From a virus: DNA of 64,000 nucleotides. Within the stretch, counting starts at the first letter, position 1. Each line of letters opens with the position of its first letter. The DNA is taken from positions 105,157-169,156 of the IMG/VR virus record IMGVR_UViG_3300017987_000005; one strand, given 5' to 3'. The notes under the pieces are model-generated. The model had not been told where the DNA came from. It worked only from the letters and a program-made list of their open reading frames with translations, and made no database searches. Shown here piece after piece: positions 58,993-64,000 of this stretch. Position numbers and translations under genes: made by a program.

Positions 58993-59080
58993 TTGCGGAG
59001 GGAGGATTCGAACCTCCGAGGACTTGTGGTCCTACGAGCTTATGAGACTCGCGAGCTAAACCAGACTACTCTACTCCGCA
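58993..59080 (-). tRNA. tRNA with CAU anticodon (Met/Ile2-like) and a long variable arm, 88 nt, CCA not encoded
   Basis: Acceptor TGCGGAG/CTCCGCA, D stem GAGT/GCTC, anticodon stem CGAGT/GCTCG with loop CTCATAA, V arm AGGAC-CACAA-GTCCT, T arm GGAGG-TTCGAAT-CCTCC. Confidence 0.92.
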
Positions 59081-59086
59081 TCATAT

Positions 59087-59461
59087 TCAGTTATTCAGAA
59101 ACTTATTCCTCAACGCTAAGGCTTCCTCGTAATACTTCATCACTTTCTCAGTATCTTCTTTATTCAAAGTACGCATACTCATAAAGCAGGGGAATCCATT
59201 GACTGCTCCGGGTCCCGCTTTATCCATATACTCATAAATCATACATATATTCTGATGCTTCAACTGGTCAGCGGTCTTATCATCCATAAGAGCGAGAATC
59301 ATAAAAACATGTGGGAGCAAATCCTTATTCTCAACCTGACGGTCGCAGAATATCTTCCCTTCAACAATCCCGAGCGCTATCTCCTTAAGCACCGAATCCT
59401 CCTTCGGCACATAATCAAGCGGTTCTTCTTTGTCTGTTTTCTTATCGCTCTCGTCGGTCAT
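59087..59461 (-). CDS. Hypothetical protein
   Basis: YEYMDKAGP..VNGFP; start likely ATG 59461. Confidence 0.7.
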   Translation of the reverse strand: MTDESDKKTDKEEPLDYVPKEDSVLKEIALGIVEGKIFCDRQVENKDLLPHVFMILALMDDKTADQLKHQNICMIYEYMDKAGPGAVNGFPCFMSMRTLNKEDTEKVMKYYEEALALRNKFLNN

Positions 59462-59462
59462 A

Positions 59463-60593
59463 TCATTCCTTATCAGGAACATCCAGTTTGAATAATTCTC
59501 GACACACGTAAAACACTTTCTCAATAGCGTCGTCGCGCATCTTCGCCCACTTCTTTTTGAAACTCAGTTCACGAACTCCGATATACTTCTTATATTCGGG
59601 AGTAGGGTCTGCTTCCGGAATACGGAGCGATGCTTCCCCGAACCACCAGCTCCAGCTTACTGCTCCCTGCTTAACATGGTGGTCTTTTGAAAGCAAGTTC
59701 ATTACAATGCGTCCCGGAAACGTATGCATATCATACGCAAACCAGTCCACTTCATCAATGTGAAGCGGTTCGATAGCATCGATAAAACTATCATCCTTCA
59801 ATGCAGTATCTTCGTATCCGTCACGGAGCATCCTGAGTAATGCTACGAGTGTTAAATCAATATCGACTTTGCTGTTACTTAAAAGCTCGTCCATAACTGC
59901 ACGAGGAGCTTCCTGTTTCCCAATAGGTTCGTCAAACACGCGTCCGATAGCTTCGAGTCCATCTTCCTTCCTGGCGACTGCGAACATAGTCGAAATGACT
60001 TTCGACAAATCCCCGTCCTTCCAATGGTCTTTGAAAAACATCAGGTCAGTAATCTTCTCGTATTCCTTTGTATCTTTGACTTCGTTAAAAGCACGACAAC
60101 AATGTCCGTCCTTCTGCGACTTCGCAAGAGTATAAGTTACTCTTAGAGGATGCTCCTCAACATGTTGATACAGGTTCATACACGTATATACATCTTCAGG
60201 AATAATAACTTTCAAACGACGAATAAGTGATGCTGGCTGCATGTCGTGAAGCGCTTTCGCTGCGCGGACGGCTTTCTCAGCATATCCCCGGCGAATATAT
60301 TTCTGCATCGCACTCTTATATATCCCGACAGTCGCCATGTAGTCGAGATAATACTCCCCGACAATCTCCTCGCGGGAGATGCATTCACGGAGGAAGCGCA
60401 ACATCGATTTGCGGTTCTTCCCGTCCTTCTCAAGCTGAACGAGTTCTTTCATCTCCTTGACGGTGATTTTCTTCTTCTCGTCCTGCGCGCGCAGAGACTT
60501 CTGAATCTGCGGGATAGGCTTCTGCATCAAGTCGTCGTATACTGGCTTTCCCCTGTGCTTAGAGATAATATCATCCATTGATTCGAAAGGCAT
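59463..60593 (-). CDS. RarA/MgsA C-terminal-like protein lacking the AAA+ domain
   Basis: SAMQKYIRRG...A...RRLKVIIPEDV and AYDMHT..GR; no Walker A. Confidence 0.7.
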   Translation of the reverse strand: MPFESMDDIISKHRGKPVYDDLMQKPIPQIQKSLRAQDEKKKITVKEMKELVQLEKDGKNRKSMLRFLRECISREEIVGEYYLDYMATVGIYKSAMQKYIRRGYAEKAVRAAKALHDMQPASLIRRLKVIIPEDVYTCMNLYQHVEEHPLRVTYTLAKSQKDGHCCRAFNEVKDTKEYEKITDLMFFKDHWKDGDLSKVISTMFAVARKEDGLEAIGRVFDEPIGKQEAPRAVMDELLSNSKVDIDLTLVALLRMLRDGYEDTALKDDSFIDAIEPLHIDEVDWFAYDMHTFPGRIVMNLLSKDHHVKQGAVSWSWWFGEASLRIPEADPTPEYKKYIGVRELSFKKKWAKMRDDAIEKVFYVCRELFKLDVPDKE

Positions 60594-60648
60594 TTCACTC
60601 TCCTTTTAACGTACGCTTGTATTATATCATATATTTAGTATATGTCAA
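60594..60648 (-). promoter_or_regulatory. Strong sigma70-type promoter/RBS module, copy 2
   Basis: TTGACA-16 nt-TATAAT with extended TG, then ACAAGCGTA...AAGGAGAGTGAA. Confidence 0.85.
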
Positions 60649-60688
60649 GTATAAAATTGAAAAAATATGGCTTTTCGTAAGTGTAAAA

Positions 60689-60752
60689 TCCCCCGCCGGC
60701 CCGGAGAGTGAATAACGACCCGTTAAAGGGCCGAGGTAGGCCGTGCGGGGGA
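60689..60752 (-). terminator. Complex stem-loop/terminator with internal anti-SD sequence
   Basis: TCCCCCGC/GCGGGGGA closing stem followed by TTTT; inner CGGCC/GGCCG. Confidence 0.6.
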
Positions 60753-60756
60753 GTTA

Positions 60757-61326
60757 TTATATCCAACCTAAATTAGCAGCTCGCCATAGAACAAGGTCAA
60801 CAACTCCTATGCGCTCACCCAGCCGCTCTGCAAGTCCTTCGCATAATTCCGAAGGGGTCATTCCATAATTATCAGCAATCCGAACAATATGTCTGTCAGG
60901 CTTGAACACTTCTAGTCCGCAATTCTTCGCTAAATGGAACTTAGTAATTTTACCGAGTCCGTCTAATGTTTCAAAGTATTTTATTTTTTCTTCGTCCGTC
61001 TGAAGACTTTCGTATATATCGAATCGCTCATCACGCTCATCCCACGCTGATTGGATGGCGCGGGCTTTGTTTTTATTTTTGAACACATCCTTTACTGGAA
61101 CACCTTCCTTGATGGCATCGATAACTTTCTTGAATATCTGAACGGCTATTTGGTACTTCATTCCGGAATTGCATATTACAAAGATGGTCTCATACGCGAG
61201 AATGACTGAATTATGCGGAGCCTTCACTTCGTCGGCCCAGTCAATCTCATCCGCATATCCGGCGTCGATTATACGTTTTTTCAAATCAAGATATGTATCA
61301 GGACTCACAGAAAACATCATCCACAA
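60757..61326 (-). CDS. HhH-GPD DNA glycosylase-like protein
   Basis: LDGLGKITKFHLAKNCG...KPDRHIVR...VDLVLW. Confidence 0.75.
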   Translation of the reverse strand: MWMMFSVSPDTYLDLKKRIIDAGYADEIDWADEVKAPHNSVILAYETIFVICNSGMKYQIAVQIFKKVIDAIKEGVPVKDVFKNKNKARAIQSAWDERDERFDIYESLQTDEEKIKYFETLDGLGKITKFHLAKNCGLEVFKPDRHIVRIADNYGMTPSELCEGLAERLGERIGVVDLVLWRAANLGWI

Positions 61327-61531
61327 CAGTCAATTCAAAACTCGGTCCAGGAACAATATCCCCAAACCCATCATACGGAACAAGCAATCCGTCCTCCAGG
61401 CGATAATAACAAACAGCATCGAAATTAAATCCGTGGAACTCGGGCCACTCCCCTCCAAGAAAACGCTTTACTAATGCGGGACTGATTTTAGTAAGGTCTT
61501 GTTTATTGTTGAACCATTCGGTCATATTCAT
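61298..61531 (-). CDS. Hypothetical protein (N-terminal WFNN)
   Basis: ATGA-coupled ORF. Confidence 0.65.
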   Translation of the reverse strand: MNMTEWFNNKQDLTKISPALVKRFLGGEWPEFHGFNFDAVCYYRLEDGLLVPYDGFGDIVPGPSFELTVVDDVFCES

Positions 61532-61758
61532 ACTCTCGAATTATTGAACCAACCAGACAACTGTAGCATCCTTTGCTTCCTTTCCGTCAAACATACTTTT
61601 GATGAGCACTGCTGTTTATATTTATCACACATAATTATCTCTTCGTCACCCATAAGTCGCGGTGAACGTACTTTCGTATTATATGCTATTCCAGTAGCCC
61701 TGCATTCAAGATACTGCTCACGGAACGAACGCGGCTTACTTCTTATCTTCCGGACCAT
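61528..61758 (-). CDS. Cys-containing hypothetical protein (C-terminal WFNN)
   Basis: Coupled ORF. Confidence 0.65.
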   Translation of the reverse strand: MVRKIRSKPRSFREQYLECRATGIAYNTKVRSPRLMGDEEIIMCDKYKQQCSSKVCLTERKQRMLQLSGWFNNSRV

Positions 61759-61951
61759 CTATCAGCTTCGCTCCTGGCGGAAGAAGAATTCGTCCGCGTC
61801 TGCGAATCTCAACGCTCCCGTTAACAAAGAATGGTTTTGTAGGCTTCACTCCCCTACGCAATGCATCAAAATGCTGAGCCAATCGTCCGAATGCTTGATA
61901 TATATCCTCGGCTTCAAATTCAGCATCACCTACTAAACGGTATACTGTCAT
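61736..61951 (-). CDS. Hypothetical protein
   Basis: SD GGAGAGTGA. Confidence 0.7.
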   Translation of the reverse strand: MTVYRLVGDAEFEAEDIYQAFGRLAQHFDALRRGVKPTKPFFVNGSVEIRRRGRILLPPGAKLIDGPEDKK

Positions 61952-61969
61952 CTCACTCTCCTAAAAAAC

Positions 61970-62119
61970 TGGCGGGGCAAGGTCTGTTTACGATGGTCCC
62001 GTCGATAAACTCGAGGACACGCAAACATTCCAGGGGACGGCTCGGTCACTACGTCAATGCTGATAATCCAAGATGCTGACCGCCCACGTACTCGCTCCAG
62101 AGCCGGTTGACGCCCCCGC
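61970..62119 (-). ncRNA. Putative structured ncRNA (~150 nt) ending in CCA
   Basis: Closing stem GCGGGG/CCCCGC, two internal arms, followed by a T6 run; intergenic. Confidence 0.55.
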
Positions 62120-62256
62120 TCTCATTGCAAACAAACGCTAACCATTAATATCAGCAGCGAACTATGGCGTACGAGAAAAACACAATATAGTTTAATGATG
62201 AATACTACTCGCAAGTACTTCGCAGTCCGCTGAACCTAAGTACCAAGGCATAAAAA

Positions 62257-62544
62257 CTAACACCACACTACTTTATTGTCACGAATAAAATAGTGAGACT
62301 TGCACGGCTCATGTGAATTATAAACAGATGGGGATAAAGTAACATTATCCCCGCTCCGGGCATAAGTCCAACAATAAATCCCATCCTGTGCAATCGGAGT
62401 AACTGTCAACGCTCCGCACCCACAGCAGCACAAGTGGATAGCTGTCCCGTAATATTCTGAAACATATAGTTTTCCATGCTCTTTATCCTTCGGAATCTCT
62501 TTAACAAAAACAGGTTCCAATTCAGTAAGTCTTTCCATCGTCAC
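62257..62544 (-). CDS. DUF6527-like protein
   Basis: HLCCCGCG...VTLSPSV...CKSHYFIRD.KVVW. Confidence 0.8.
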   Translation of the reverse strand: MTMERLTELEPVFVKEIPKDKEHGKLYVSEYYGTAIHLCCCGCGALTVTPIAQDGIYCWTYARSGDNVTLSPSVYNSHEPCKSHYFIRDNKVVWC

Positions 62545-62804
62545 CTGTTCTGATTAACAACTGACCACGCCTGGGCAATAGCGCTACCCTCGCAGTCACT
62601 CGTATTCCCGCCATCGGCAATACAACTGTCGTAAGCGCTATTAAATACATTCACCCATATCTCACGAAGACGCTGAGATAATGCTTGGACATTATCCGGA
62701 AGGTCGGGGTCATCAGGACCACTGTACGGTTTAATCACGTCCAATGGTCCCCCCTCAGAGACTTCCTTTTCTTCTTTTTTAAGTATTCCTTTGAACTTAG
62801 CCAT
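62541..62804 (-). CDS. ChaB family protein
   Basis: DLPDNV..L....REIWVNVFNSAY...A.AQAWSVV. Confidence 0.85.
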   Translation of the reverse strand: MAKFKGILKKEEKEVSEGGPLDVIKPYSGPDDPDLPDNVQALSQRLREIWVNVFNSAYDSCIADGGNTSDCEGSAIAQAWSVVNQNR

Positions 62805-63064
62805 GCTATGTTCTCCTCAGTATTACATTCGTAACAGAGAAAATCCCCGTTCTCCGCGTACCATCCATATCTATCAAGACTTCCCTGCATATCATCAATA
62901 TTAAGCAGGAGTTTTCCAGTGCAACGGCACTTATCGCAAACTAAAGTTACATGAACTTTATAATCTTCACCGAATATCCCTTCCATTTGGTCGCTCATTA
63001 GGCTTATCCTTATCAAAAGCTTGAGGATAATCCCGCCTGAGCACTTCAAGCTCTGCTGTACCAA
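62735..63064 (-). CDS. Zn-binding hypothetical protein
   Basis: CDKC...GW...CYEC; true start probably internal. Confidence 0.5.
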   Translation of the reverse strand: MVQQSLKCSGGIILKLLIRISLMSDQMEGIFGEDYKVHVTLVCDKCRCTGKLLLNIDDMQGSLDRYGWYAENGDFLCYECNTEENIAWLSSKEYLKKKKRKSLRGDHWT

Positions 63065-63173
63065 CTAGGCGATGTCCCGAGCACGGCTTACGATGTCCAC
63101 AATTCGGACACGGAACTTTCCCAGTCTTCCCCGTGAATACTTTTTTACAGTATCGGCAGATGAAATGTTTCAT
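62967..63173 (-). CDS. Zn-ribbon microprotein
   Basis: CRYC...CPNCG. Confidence 0.65.
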   Translation of the reverse strand: MKHFICRYCKKVFTGKTGKVPCPNCGHRKPCSGHRLVGTAELEVLRRDYPQAFDKDKPNERPNGRDIR

Positions 63174-63319
63174 TTTTCAACGTACTCTCTGTTATCGCCT
63201 TTCCTCGGATTCTCGGGTTTACGCGCGGCATCTATGGCGCGCTTACATGTCCCGCACATATCCTTACCTTCAAACGTTATCAGAGTATCCGTTTCTTTTC
63301 CACAAATCTCACATTTCAT
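63170..63319 (-). CDS. 49-aa Zn-finger microprotein
   Basis: MKCEICGK...MCGTCK; ATGA overlaps at both ends; not in the ORF track. Confidence 0.65.
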   Translation of the reverse strand: MKCEICGKETDTLITFEGKDMCGTCKRAIDAARKPENPRKGDNREYVEK

Positions 63320-63669
63320 TTTGGCGGCTCCTTCAATTCATTAACGTGCATACGAATCAGGGTGAGAAACTCTCCCTCGTGATGTAACTTCACGAGATAG
63401 TTATTCCCGTCCTTTACAACATAAACCTGCCCGACCATGTAAAACTCCATGTTAAAATATCGGGCAACAACTTTCCTTACTTTTTTTGAGAGAGTATCGC
63501 GTACTCCCTTCTTCTCGATATTTTTCCCCTTAAGCCAATGAACACATTCGCTCAAATCCGATTGAAATTTGTCGAACTGTTCCTTAGCAGCGCCCTCCTC
63601 TCCGACGAACGGCTCCTGCTCAACAATATCGAGTGCTTCACTTATCTCAACTCTCTTCTCCTCCATCAC
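63316..63669 (-). CDS. Hypothetical protein
   Basis: Coupled ORF. Confidence 0.65.
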   Translation of the reverse strand: MMEEKRVEISEALDIVEQEPFVGEEGAAKEQFDKFQSDLSECVHWLKGKNIEKKGVRDTLSKKVRKVVARYFNMEFYMVGQVYVVKDGNNYLVKLHHEGEFLTLIRMHVNELKEPPK

Positions 63670-63670
63670 A

Positions 63671-63985
63671 CTACGCCTTTGCGTAATACTTGCTCAGATG
63701 GAGGCTCCCACCGTTCCTGGGGTCCTTTGATACGGGGACTTTCCCTACGGCGTACGAATTTTTATCTCGCCCCTTCCCCTTTTGCTTCTTAAGAGAATCT
63801 ACTCCACACGCTTCACGAAGCTCGGCAATACGTGCAGATTCGCTCTGAGTAATCGGTATCTTAAACTTGATATAAAACTGACCACCTGTCTCATCAACTC
63901 CGGTACAATCCTTACCGACAAGGTTTTTAGCTCTGCGTAAACTCATTCCTGGCATGCTTCTTCTCCTTTTAACCAGTCCCAACAT
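63671..63985 (-). CDS. Basic hypothetical protein
   Basis: ORF; start uncertain. Confidence 0.55.
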   Translation of the reverse strand: MLGLVKRRRSMPGMSLRRAKNLVGKDCTGVDETGGQFYIKFKIPITQSESARIAELREACGVDSLKKQKGKGRDKNSYAVGKVPVSKDPRNGGSLHLSKYYAKA

Positions 63986-64000
63986 TTATAAGTAACGATA

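Noticed and set aside
59016-59034. Intron in the tRNA
   Set aside because: The extra bases form a clean variable-arm hairpin between U44 and C48, not at 37/38, and no bulge-helix-bulge is evident.
61970-62119. tRNA or tmRNA
   Set aside because: No T-loop consensus, cloverleaf or tag reading frame, and too short for tmRNA. Kept as an unknown ncRNA.
1-64000. Stop-codon reassignment
   Set aside because: Conserved genes are full length in code 11, and TAA, TAG and TGA all end genes with tight coupling.

Overview
This window is a contiguous segment of a large contractile-tailed (myovirus-like) bacteriophage genome. Essentially all real genes lie on the minus strand. In transcription order, 64-37.6 kb is an accessory region of many small, often Cys-rich ORFs. 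It also carries a deamidating NAD+ salvage set (pncA, nadE, pncB) with NADAR, a GT-B glycosyltransferase, a pol-beta-type nucleotidyltransferase, GIY-YIG and HNH nucleases, an HhH glycosylase-like gene, an RarA C-terminal-like gene, ChaB, a LemA-like/membrane protein pair, a ParB-like gene near a perfect parS site, one atypical tRNA and a probable structured ncRNA. The 37.5-0 kb part is a virion morphogenesis module: TerS, TerL with a LAGLIDADG intein, portal, a very large protease/scaffold, major capsid, neck, sheath, tube, a chaperone with a -1 frameshift, tape measure, hub, spike, baseplate and fibres/tailspike, the last running off the left edge. Sigma70-type promoters and SD sites indicate a bacterial host. 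The most notable observations are: (1) the PncA-PncB-NadE route, distinct from the described NARP1/NARP2 pathways; (2) a W-F-[DN]-[DN] peptide shared by seven unrelated accessory proteins; (3) a CAU-anticodon tRNA with a serine-type long variable arm; (4) a chromosomal-consensus parS site in a phage; (5) a 150-nt structured RNA ending in CCA; (6) a possible GGTF/N-domain fibre chain. All family calls come from motif recognition by eye, not database searches.
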